Notes: generated by a model not told the origin, from the sequence alone. A stretch of 24,000 bases of DNA from Cyclobacteriaceae bacterium (GCA_965601755.1 OZ271841.1:222241-246240); one strand, 5' to 3'. Positions 7,348 through 15,707 are shown, numbered from the stretch's first letter. Numbers and translations: made by a program.

Positions 7348-7925
7348 GATGACTGCTCTTAAGAATTAGCTTTACTACGAAACCAGAAATTACTTTTATA
7401 TGTCGGTTTTGAATAAGAAGTGACTAATCAGAGTCATCCTATGACTCTCAGGAAACGCATCTTTATACGGTTGCGTGAAGAGTTGTTGGTGCTTAAGCAG
7501 TCATAGGATGACTGCTCTTAAGAATTAGCTTTACTACGAAACCAGAAATTACTTTTATATGTCGATTTTGAATAAGAATATGTCGATTTTGAATAAGAAG
7601 TGACTAATTAGAGTCATCCTATGACTCTCATGAATACGGTTGCGTAAAGAGTTGTTGGTACTAAGACAGTCATAGGATGACTGCTCTTAAGAAATAGCTT
7701 TACTACGAAACTAGAAATTAATATTATATGTCGGTTTTGAATAAGAAATGACTAATTAGAGCCATCCTATGACTCTCAGGAATACGGTTGCGTGAAGAGT
7801 TGTTGGTGCTTAAGCAGTCATAGGATGACTGTTCTTAAGAATTGGCTTTTCTACGAAACCAGAAATTAATATTATATGTCGATTTTGAATAAGAAATGAC
7901 TAATTAGAGTCATCCTATGACTCTC
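7294..7925. repeat. Tandem array of four 148-180 bp units, each carrying two reverse-complementary hairpins
   Basis: Units span 7294..7452 (159 bp), 7453..7632 (180 bp), 7633..7780 (148 bp, an 11-nt deletion relative to unit 1) and 7781..7925. Unit 2 contains an internal 21-bp direct duplication (7557..7577 = 7578..7598). Hairpin A (CAGTCAT-AGG-ATGACTG) is at 7339, 7498, 7667 and 7815. Hairpin B (AGAGTCAT-CCT-ATGACTCT) is at 7430, 7610, 7758 (one mismatch) and 7906. Confidence 0.95.
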
Positions 7926-10405
7926 TAACTTGACTTCTTCTTAAACACCCCCGGATCTACAGACCAGGGGTCATCAGGCCAGCGGTGCTTTGGATACCTT
8001 CTTTTTAGCTCCTTTCGGACCTCAAAATAGGTGTCATTCCAAAAGCTATTCAGATCATTTGTTCGCTGCACGGGCTTGAAACCAGGAGATAAGAGGTCCA
8101 ACAACACACCTTGCTTACCATTATTGATTTTGGGAGTCTCAGCCAAACCAAAGAGTTCCTGCAGCCGAACGCTTAATATCGGAGGCTCTCCATTTTCCCG
8201 GTATTTCAGCTTGAGCTGGCTACCACTGGGTACTGTAATTCTGAAAGGTGCCTGACTATCCAGCGCTTGTTGTTTGTCATACTCCAGTGTGTGCTGGAGT
8301 ATATCTCTCAAATTGAGTTTCTTCAGGTCTTCCGCGGTACGTACATGATCGAGGTAAGGTTCAAGCCAAGAATTGACGGATTCAAGGAGATTTGATGTGC
8401 TCACGTCAGGCCAAGATTCGTCCGGGTTCCATATCCGCAGAGAGAGTACCCGCAATTGCCATTGAAGGACTTCCTCGCTAAAATCCAGTAACTGCTTACC
8501 TTCTTTTTTGACAGCCTCCAGAATGGCGCTTTTTATATGTGCGGGGTCCGGATTGCTCAATGGCTTACTTTGTAAAACTATACTTCCTATGGAAAGATCT
8601 TTAGTTGCTATCAATCCTCCCTTTCGTGTATCCCACGCAATGACTTCGCGTTCCTTCACCCTTACTGCAAGGTCTTTTGGGTTTAGTGGAGCAGCCAGAT
8701 GGATCTTTCCCAGGCCATCCCGGGCATTGAGGTGGGCTACTGCCAACCAGGGCTCATGAGCCAGGTCATCCCGATGACCTGCTACGGCATATCTTCCATT
8801 GGCCAACTGGAACTGAGCATTGTTCCCCGGACGTGCACTGGCAATACGCTCAGGATAGGCCATGCTCAGCACAAAACCTACTTCGTAAGGGTCAATTATG
8901 TCCTCATTCGCCTCGGCTTTAAGCATTTCACGATAGCTATTTGCTACTTGTTCGATGCGGCTCAATCTTCCTCCTTTCCTGTTCTCTGAACGAAAACGAT
9001 GCAATGCTTCTACACGAACAGATAAATCAATTCCTGCATCTGGCAGGGGATCCCGTTCTTCGATCAATGCGGCCACATCCGCTGCCAGGGGAGTTAATCC
9101 CATCTCATCTGCCTCCAGCAACATATGTGCAATCCGGGGGTGGCAGGGGAGTTGTTGTATTCTTTTACCATGCTCCGTGATCCTGTTGTCTTCCAGGGCC
9201 TCCAATTCGTGAAGCAGCGCACGAGCGGAAGCCACGTGGCCGGCAGGAGGGGGATTGAGCCATTTCAGGTCATTCACATTGGTGATACCCCAATTGGCCA
9301 GCTCCAGCACAAGACTGCTCAGGTCAGCATCCAGCAATTCAGGAGTACTAAAATCCTGTAAATGAGCATGAGTAGACTGAGTCCACATGCGATAGCATAT
9401 ACCAGGAGATAATCGACCTGCTCGTCCTGCCCGTTGGTCGGCGGTGTCTTTTGTAACTGGTAATGTGACAAGCCGAGATAGCCCTGAACCAGGATCAAAA
9501 GTTGCCTTGCGGATAAAACCTGCATCTACCACTACCTTGATGCCTTCTATAGTTAGACTGGTTTCCGCAATTGAGGTAGCTAATACGACTTTCCGTCTAC
9601 CATTTTTGTCAGGAAAGATGGCCGCAAGCTGCTTGTTTTGGGGTAGCTGACCAAATAAAGGATGGATGGCTGCCTGAGGGAGCTCCTTTTTCAAGAGCTC
9701 TTCACACTTCCGGATCTCGCCTTCACCAGGAAAGAAGGCCAGGATGTCTCCAGGCTGTTCCCCGAAAGCTTGCTTGATCACCCGAGCCGCCATTTCCGGG
9801 ATCATAAACTGGTCTGTTTCACCTGTATATCGGACTTCAATAGGATATTGTTTCCCCTGGCTCACTGCTACAGGAGCTCTGAGTAGCGTCTCTAGCTCAG
9901 GCATATTGAGCGTGGCCGACATCACAACGAGTCGGAGGTCAGGCCGAAGGACCTGTTGTGACTCCAATGACAGAGCCAACGCCAGGTCAGCGTGCAAGCT
10001 ACGCTCGTGAAACTCATCAAACATGACTAAACCGACACCCTCCAAAGCATTATCTGATTGGAGCATGCGGGTAAGGATACCCTCAGTGACCACCTCGATC
10101 TTTGTTTGCTCCGAAACACGGGTTTCGAACCGGATCCGATAGCCAATTGTCTGGCCAACTGGTTCTTCGAGAAGCTGAGCCATTCGGTAAGCGATAGATC
10201 GTGCCGCCAATCTACGAGGTTCTAGCAAGATGATCTTTTGGCCTTCCAGCCATTTTTCTCCAAGTAAAGCCAGGGGCAGAATAGTGCTTTTTCCTGCTCC
10301 GGGAGGAGCATTGACAATGAGCCGGTTACAAGAAACCAGTTTAGATTTTACCTCATCTATGATTTCGGTTATCGGCAGGTCGACCTGATGGGGATTGAAT
10401 GGCAA
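7925..10405 (-). CDS. hrpB: ATP-dependent DEAH-box RNA helicase HrpB
   Basis: 826 aa with Walker A (APPGAGKST), DEFHERS (motif II), SAT, TSIAETSLTIEG and QRAGRAGR (motif VI), plus a long C-terminal extension typical of HrpB. The start is TTG at 10405. The stop TAG (7925..7927) abuts the last repeat hairpin. Confidence 0.92.
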   Translation of the reverse strand: MPFNPHQVDLPITEIIDEVKSKLVSCNRLIVNAPPGAGKSTILPLALLGEKWLEGQKIILLEPRRLAARSIAYRMAQLLEEPVGQTIGYRIRFETRVSEQTKIEVVTEGILTRMLQSDNALEGVGLVMFDEFHERSLHADLALALSLESQQVLRPDLRLVVMSATLNMPELETLLRAPVAVSQGKQYPIEVRYTGETDQFMIPEMAARVIKQAFGEQPGDILAFFPGEGEIRKCEELLKKELPQAAIHPLFGQLPQNKQLAAIFPDKNGRRKVVLATSIAETSLTIEGIKVVVDAGFIRKATFDPGSGLSRLVTLPVTKDTADQRAGRAGRLSPGICYRMWTQSTHAHLQDFSTPELLDADLSSLVLELANWGITNVNDLKWLNPPPAGHVASARALLHELEALEDNRITEHGKRIQQLPCHPRIAHMLLEADEMGLTPLAADVAALIEERDPLPDAGIDLSVRVEALHRFRSENRKGGRLSRIEQVANSYREMLKAEANEDIIDPYEVGFVLSMAYPERIASARPGNNAQFQLANGRYAVAGHRDDLAHEPWLAVAHLNARDGLGKIHLAAPLNPKDLAVRVKEREVIAWDTRKGGLIATKDLSIGSIVLQSKPLSNPDPAHIKSAILEAVKKEGKQLLDFSEEVLQWQLRVLSLRIWNPDESWPDVSTSNLLESVNSWLEPYLDHVRTAEDLKKLNLRDILQHTLEYDKQQALDSQAPFRITVPSGSQLKLKYRENGEPPILSVRLQELFGLAETPKINNGKQGVLLDLLSPGFKPVQRTNDLNSFWNDTYFEVRKELKRRYPKHRWPDDPWSVDPGVFKKKSS

Positions 10406-10746
10406 TGGAAGTGCGGATTAGTATATCCGCGAAGTTAAAGGATGTGGGTAAAATTGAATCTTAATAAGGTCTTAAATAATGAGCCGGCCTTTATGGTTGT
10501 TCTCTCATCTATTAGCATAAAGGGATAGTTCCTTCAATTGATTTTAAATGGGTTGAATAAAAAGACAGGCCGCTCCTACGGAGCTAACTATGATTACATC
10601 GATTAATGTTATGGACAGGTCGACCCTGCGGGACTTTTCTCTTGCCTTGATTGGTATTCAATGATTTAACTGCCAATGTTGCATGGTTTAAAAATTATTT
10701 TAGCCAGTGGGTAACAGTAAGTAGAAACAAGAAGCCGGAATATATC

Positions 10747-11094
10747 TTAAAAGAATGAGCCAAACACAATATTTTGAGCCAGCTGCTGAGAATCATCCTC
10801 AAGCGTCAGGTCAATTTTTGACGTATTTTTTTCGACCTTTTTCTCAACGGTTTTCAATCCAATAGAGGAGTAAATTAATGTGGCATCCTTTGGTACCTCC
10901 AGTTTGTATTCTCCTTTTGAATTGGTAATAGCCGCTAAATCGGTTCCCTTGATTTGGATAGTAACACCTTCCAGGGTTTTACCATTCTGATCTTTAACGA
11001 TGCCGCTTACAGGAATTTCTGCAAGTGCTTGTGTGGAAAATTGTAACAGTAAAATAACAATAACCACTTTGGTAGCCTTTTTTATAAACCTCAT
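10747..11094 (-). CDS. Small secreted carboxypeptidase-regulatory-like (CarboxypepD_reg) domain protein
   Basis: 115 aa with a signal peptide (VVIVILLLQFSTQALA). SGIVKDQNGKTLEGVTIQIKGTDLAAITNSKGEYKLEVPKDATLIYSSIGLKT follows, which is the pattern found at the N-terminus of SusC-type TonB-dependent receptors. No plug or barrel follows. Confidence 0.7.
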   Translation of the reverse strand: MRFIKKATKVVIVILLLQFSTQALAEIPVSGIVKDQNGKTLEGVTIQIKGTDLAAITNSKGEYKLEVPKDATLIYSSIGLKTVEKKVEKNTSKIDLTLEDDSQQLAQNIVFGSFF

Positions 11095-11345
11095 ATGTCA
11101 GCTTTCGATTGCGATGCAAAGTAAGGTTAAAATTGAATAAAATTCAATATTGCATCGGTTTATATATGGTATTTGCAAAAATATGAATGTTTTTTTACAC
11201 CAATAAATAAGTTGGGTTGAATGAGCCCACATGCATATAAAATTTTGCAAAAGGCATTTCTTTCAATAGGTATATAAACTTGATGCATTTGAAGATTATC
11301 TGTTTATTTTGAAGACCTACATTGCTAAAATCAACATCCCTCATC

Positions 11346-12437
11346 ATGAAAGCCCCATCCAGAGACAAAATAGAAAATCGAAGAGACTTTTTAGTCAAAG
11401 CCGGATTATTGTTTGGAGGGTTGCATCTCGGACAAGCAGCCTCCGCTTTTAATATCATAAACAGAAAGAAACTTCCTAATGAAATCATTGGGCATGGAGA
11501 TTTTAAGTTTAGGGTCGAACGAGACTGGTGTCAGGCCAATGCCGTACAAACTCCGATAACCAATTGCCATGAGATGGTCGAGGATCAGCAGGGTAGACTG
11601 ATCTTACTTACTGATCACCCCAAAAACAATATCATCATTTTTGAAAGATCCGGTAAGGTGTTGGACTCCTGGACGCTGAATCTAAAAATGGGGCATGGGT
11701 TAACAATCCATGATGAAAATGGAGAGGAGTTCCTTTATATCACGGATGGCAGTGCGGGAGAGGTATACAAAACCACTTTGGATGGAAAGGTGATCATGCA
11801 GTTACCCAGACCTGACCAGCTTGGGATCTACGCGGAATGTGACAGGTACAGACCTACGGAAACAGCCATAGGACCAAATGGAGATATTTATGTTGCGGAT
11901 GGATATGGTTCCCAGTTTATTCTCATATTTGATCATAAGGGCAACTACCTGGATAGGTTTGGAGGAAGTAGTTTCCAGGATAAGAAGCGATTCAAAGAGG
12001 CACATGGGATAGCCCTGGATAACCGGGATAAGCAAAACCCAACCTTACTTGTGACGGCAAGGATCAAGAACACCTTCAAGCGATTTACATTGGATGGAGA
12101 GCACCTCGAAGATATCTACCTACCCGGTGCTTATATCAGCCGGCCGGTGATTCATGGTGAAGAGTTATATTCCGGGGTATGCTTTGGAATGACAAAGCAT
12201 GATTTCAACTTGCAAAATGATCTGGGTTTTGTTACGATCCTTAACAGGGAGGGAAGGGTAGTTTCCAATCCCGGTGGTACAAAACCAAAATACAAAGACG
12301 GTCACCTCTTACCACTTTTTCAGGACCAACCCATCTTCAAGCATTGTCATGACGTGTGTGTGGATCGGGATAAAAATCTGTATGTATGTCAATGGAAAGC
12401 AGATGGTGTCTATCCCTACAAGTTGCACCGTGTTTGA
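11346..12437 (+). CDS. Tat-signal six-bladed beta-propeller (NHL / PAL-like) protein
   Basis: Twin-arginine motif RRDFLVKAGLLFGG, repeated propeller-like segments (ITDGSAGEVYK, IYVADGYGSQFILIFD, HGIALD, LYVCQW). The ORF is open from TTG 11322, but ATG 11346 (MKAPSRDK) is the more likely start. Confidence 0.8.
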   Translation: MKAPSRDKIENRRDFLVKAGLLFGGLHLGQAASAFNIINRKKLPNEIIGHGDFKFRVERDWCQANAVQTPITNCHEMVEDQQGRLILLTDHPKNNIIIFERSGKVLDSWTLNLKMGHGLTIHDENGEEFLYITDGSAGEVYKTTLDGKVIMQLPRPDQLGIYAECDRYRPTETAIGPNGDIYVADGYGSQFILIFDHKGNYLDRFGGSSFQDKKRFKEAHGIALDNRDKQNPTLLVTARIKNTFKRFTLDGEHLEDIYLPGAYISRPVIHGEELYSGVCFGMTKHDFNLQNDLGFVTILNREGRVVSNPGGTKPKYKDGHLLPLFQDQPIFKHCHDVCVDRDKNLYVCQWKADGVYPYKLHRV

Positions 12438-12620
12438 TTGATATTGATTGATTTATACCTAAAAACTGGGTTTTGTTTAATTAAAGTAATGCTTCTTTAA
12501 CTAACGGTATATGTGGTTATATATCAATGAGTTATGAAGATATATTAAAGTAGGTAGCGCTGATTTACAGAATTAGCTGTCCTAAAGGAAACCTACCCTT
12601 CAAACCATCAGATAAGAAAG

Positions 12621-12649
12621 TTTACATAGTCATAGGATGACTATGTAAA
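12621..12649. repeat. Solo 13-bp-stem hairpin carrying the same 15-nt core as the tandem array
   Basis: TTTACATAGTCAT-AGG-ATGACTATGTAAA is a perfect palindrome around an AGG loop. Its core AGTCATAGGATGACT is identical to hairpin A of the 7294..7925 array. It lies between convergent genes (stops at 12437 and 12737). Confidence 0.9.
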
Positions 12650-12736
12650 TCAGAAAGGAGGTCTGAAATTTAATGCACAGCGATATAATACTTAGGAACT
12701 ACGTTGGTTTAAGGTAGTCACCTCATCATGACTTAC

Positions 12737-13318
12737 TTACCTTGCCTTGCTCAGCTCTCGGGTGATCTTATTTCTTACCCAGAGTCCGAAGACGAAGAGC
12801 CAGAGGATAGCTGCTTCCAGGATAAATACAAGCGGTGGCCATACCCATTTAAGGGCCAGGAAATAGATGATCAATATACCTTCGGCTATCCAGATATACA
12901 ATCCAATCTTGGTGAGCAAGGGATAGGCAAGAGGCAAGTTGAAGGTTACCCTGAGATGCCACCCAAGCAATGCAAAAAAAGCAACTGCATGGATGATGTG
13001 GAAATACCCGGTCCATTCGGTTGCGCCAGGTGCATGGGTAGGTACCAGTGCAATTAACAAAGTGATGACTCCAGTACCCACCAACATCACCAGGTTTCGG
13101 CTCGATGTAAAACCATATAAAATAAAGGTAGCTCCAAAAAGTACCAGAAAGCCTATAAATAAAAACTTCATTTCAGAATAATAATAGGTGCTGATAGATG
13201 GCAACAATATCTGTTCGGCACTCAGCAGGAACATACCTAGAGGCAATACAATCGGAAGCATTAAAGCCAGGGAGCCTAGAATGATTCGGAGTACTTGTTT
13301 TGGGATGGGGGTTTTCAT
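12737..13318 (-). CDS. Multi-pass integral membrane protein, family not recognised
   Basis: 193 aa with about 6 hydrophobic helices. The opposite-strand ORFs here (12728..13057, 12939..13181) lack any such organisation. Confidence 0.65.
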   Translation of the reverse strand: MKTPIPKQVLRIILGSLALMLPIVLPLGMFLLSAEQILLPSISTYYYSEMKFLFIGFLVLFGATFILYGFTSSRNLVMLVGTGVITLLIALVPTHAPGATEWTGYFHIIHAVAFFALLGWHLRVTFNLPLAYPLLTKIGLYIWIAEGILIIYFLALKWVWPPLVFILEAAILWLFVFGLWVRNKITRELSKAR

Positions 13319-13403
13319 AATAGCTAAAGATAAGTGTTTTGAATCATTCCTCGAATGTACCAGGTCGATGTATTGCTATTACATTAAATATAACTTGCAG
13401 CCA

Positions 13404-14780
13404 TCATTTACCCAACTTATTACCTCCGATCAAACCAAGAATAGAAGCCCCAAACCCCAAAAACATGGCAGGAACAGCCTCGTAAGGAAACAGCTCAAAA
13501 AGTACATAAACGCCCAACCCAAAGCTCATGGACAACCATGCGCCAAGGGGTTTTTGACTACGCTGATGAAATAGGGCTGCATACAATGGCACTAGGATAG
13601 AAACCATCCCCAGTATTGAGGATTGACTCACCAGGTGATAAATGCTGTCACTCATTATAGAAAGTATGGTTGCGAGGGCTGTAATGATCACCACGGAAAC
13701 CCTGCTCAGAAGAAGCAACTGTTGATCGGTGCTCCCCGGAAAAAATATAGGCTTAAGTAAATTCTCTGCCAGAATAGAAGAAGGAGCCAGTAACGCCCCA
13801 CTACAGGTGCTGAAAATAGCAGAAGTCAAAGCTCCATAAAATAAGACCTGCAACCACATTGGCGTATATTGAGCAATCATGGTCATCAGGGCATGCTGTG
13901 TATTATCAGCAACAAGTTCAGGATTTAGCTGATAGACCATGAGCCCAAGCAAAAGAGGCAGCATAGCAAATATCAAATACAAGGATGCCCCTAAAAATGT
14001 AGACCGAACAGCGATGGATTCTGACCTGGCTGCATTGGCACGTTGAAATATATCTTGTGAGGCCAGAGACCCAAGCCCTAAAGCGCACCAGGCAGCCAGG
14101 TAATCCATCCAGGAAACTTCCGGGTTATTTACGGGAGTAAAATCAAAGAAATGGGGATCTTTGGATTGGAACAGTATTGATGGATCGACCAGGTTAAAAA
14201 GAAAGAAGGTGATAAATACCAGTCCTATGATGATGATGACACTTTGCACAAAATCTGTGATGGAAACAGACCACATGCCCCCAGCTGCAGTATATACCAT
14301 TACCAGCAAAGCACTGATCAGTCTGCCAGCATATTCATCCAATCCAAAAATGGTGTGAAAGAGTATCCCAAGGGCGATAATCTGTGCAGCTGCATATCCA
14401 AAGAATGATAAAATCATTAAACCGCTGGACAACCGCTCTACTTTGGGCCCGTAGACGCTTCGAAAAAGATCCCCCAGGGTCAGGATATTTTTTCGGTAGA
14501 GTGGCCGAACAAATATCAGGGCAAAAAGTATCAGGCAGAGAAAACCTCCAAAGGGGTCTTCAATAACTCCAAGCAAGCCATGCTGGATAAATTCTGAGGA
14601 AGCTCCCAACACGGTTTCGGATCCATACCAAAAGGCGAAGAGTGCTGAAGCATTGAGTACTAATGGCAATCTTCGGCTTGTGAATAAAAAATCTGATGAG
14701 GAATGAATAAACCTGGAAGCCAGTACTCCTATTACTACCGTAATAAGCAAGTAGAGGATGATCCAGAGTCCAAGATTCAT
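13404..14780 (-). CDS. Sodium:solute symporter (SSS) family transporter
   Basis: 458 aa with about 12-13 TM helices. The N-terminal pattern (VVIGVLASRF...SDFLFTSRRLPLVLNASALFAFWYGSETVLGASSEF) is typical of SSS family proteins. Confidence 0.85.
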   Translation of the reverse strand: MNLGLWIILYLLITVVIGVLASRFIHSSSDFLFTSRRLPLVLNASALFAFWYGSETVLGASSEFIQHGLLGVIEDPFGGFLCLILFALIFVRPLYRKNILTLGDLFRSVYGPKVERLSSGLMILSFFGYAAAQIIALGILFHTIFGLDEYAGRLISALLVMVYTAAGGMWSVSITDFVQSVIIIIGLVFITFFLFNLVDPSILFQSKDPHFFDFTPVNNPEVSWMDYLAAWCALGLGSLASQDIFQRANAARSESIAVRSTFLGASLYLIFAMLPLLLGLMVYQLNPELVADNTQHALMTMIAQYTPMWLQVLFYGALTSAIFSTCSGALLAPSSILAENLLKPIFFPGSTDQQLLLLSRVSVVIITALATILSIMSDSIYHLVSQSSILGMVSILVPLYAALFHQRSQKPLGAWLSMSFGLGVYVLFELFPYEAVPAMFLGFGASILGLIGGNKLGK

Positions 14781-14936
14781 AGAAGCAAACTACAAACTTA
14801 TTTTGATTTCAGAACATGATTACAGAACCACAGACTCAAAACCAAAAAAGTATCCTTATGTACAATAACGAGCATGCTTAATGGATCATTTTGTTGGTCT
14901 AAAACCTGTATATTGTCATGAAGCAAGAATTTGACG

Positions 14937-15707
14937 ATGAAAAAGTTAAGTTACTCAAAGGAATATGCCAAACTGTCTCGTGAGCTTGTATATATGCAGG
15001 AATGGATCAAAAGCCATGGTCTCAAGCTGGTGGTAATTTTCGAAGGGAGAGATGCTTCCGGAAAGGGAGGCGCTATCAAAAGAATTCTGGAGCCACTGAA
15101 CCCCCGTGTTTGCAGGGTGGTAGCCCTGGGAGTACCTACGGAGCGGGAAAAAACTCAGTGGTATTTTCAAAGATACATAAAGCACCTTCCTGCTGCAGGC
15201 GAGATGGTGCTTTTTGACAGAAGCTGGTACAACCGAGCCGGTGTTGAAAAGGTCATGGGGTTTTGCACCCAGGAAGAGTATGAAGAATTTCTGAGGTCCT
15301 GCCCGGAGTTTGAGCGGATGATCATTCGTTCTGGGATCATCCTGGTGAAATACTGGTTTTCTGTCAGCGATGAAGTGCAGGAGCTCAGATTCAGGGAGCG
15401 AATTGATAATCCAGTGAAGCGCTGGAAGTTTAGTCCAATGGATTTAAAGTCAAGGGAGAAGTGGCAGGAATACTCGAGGGCAAAAGATGAAATGTTTGAT
15501 GTGACCGACACCAAACAGTCACCTTGGTTTGTAGTGAATGGAGACAATAAGCGTAAGGCAAGGCTTAACTGTATTGCCCATTTGCTCACCATGGTGCCCT
15601 ATGAGAAAACCAAATACAAGAAAATCCAGTTACCACCTTTGCCGAGCAAAAACGAATACTTACGTCCTCCTGTAGACAAGCAGACCTTTGTACCAGAGAA
15701 ATACTAA
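14937..15707 (+). CDS. ppk2: Polyphosphate kinase 2 (single-domain PPK2)
   Basis: P-loop VVIFEGRDASGKGGAIKRI, and the conserved blocks FDRSWYNRAGVE and YWFSVSDEVQELRFRER. The ORF is open from TTG 14931; ATG 14937 (MKKLSYSKEY) is preferred. Confidence 0.9.
   Translation: MKKLSYSKEYAKLSRELVYMQEWIKSHGLKLVVIFEGRDASGKGGAIKRILEPLNPRVCRVVALGVPTEREKTQWYFQRYIKHLPAAGEMVLFDRSWYNRAGVEKVMGFCTQEEYEEFLRSCPEFERMIIRSGIILVKYWFSVSDEVQELRFRERIDNPVKRWKFSPMDLKSREKWQEYSRAKDEMFDVTDTKQSPWFVVNGDNKRKARLNCIAHLLTMVPYEKTKYKKIQLPPLPSKNEYLRPPVDKQTFVPEKY

Noticed and set aside
7441-7506. A 21-codon micro-ORF (MTLRKRIFIRLREELLVLKQS*) that starts at the ATG inside hairpin B and ends at the TAG inside hairpin A of the next unit
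   Set aside because: It exists only at the unit 1/2 junction. In units 3 and 4 the 11-nt deletion shifts the frame, and the ATG-initiated frame stops after 8 codons (MTLMNTVA*, MTLRNTVA*). A conserved peptide is therefore not supported.
7294-7925. Possible CRISPR array, because of regularly spaced palindromic repeats
   Set aside because: The whole 148-180 bp unit is repeated, so there are no unique spacers between repeats. The period is far longer than CRISPR repeat-plus-spacer units, and no cas genes are in the window.
8031-10010. Series of plus-strand ORFs of 68-96 aa (8031..8255, 8508..8759, 8699..8989, 8941..9212, 9125..9361, 9444..9650, 9662..9886, 9744..10010)
   Set aside because: All lie antisense inside the well-supported hrpB gene, overlap each other in different frames, and have Ser/Arg/Pro-rich compositions typical of shadow ORFs.
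11195-11488. 97-aa minus-strand ORF overlapping the start of the beta-propeller gene
   Set aside because: It overlaps the Tat-signal region of a well-supported gene and an AT-rich promoter gap, with no recognisable features.
12728-13181. Plus-strand ORFs 12728..13057 and 12939..13181
   Set aside because: They are antisense to the 193-aa ORF, which has a clear multi-helix membrane topology. The plus-strand translations are charge-rich or low-complexity with no organisation.
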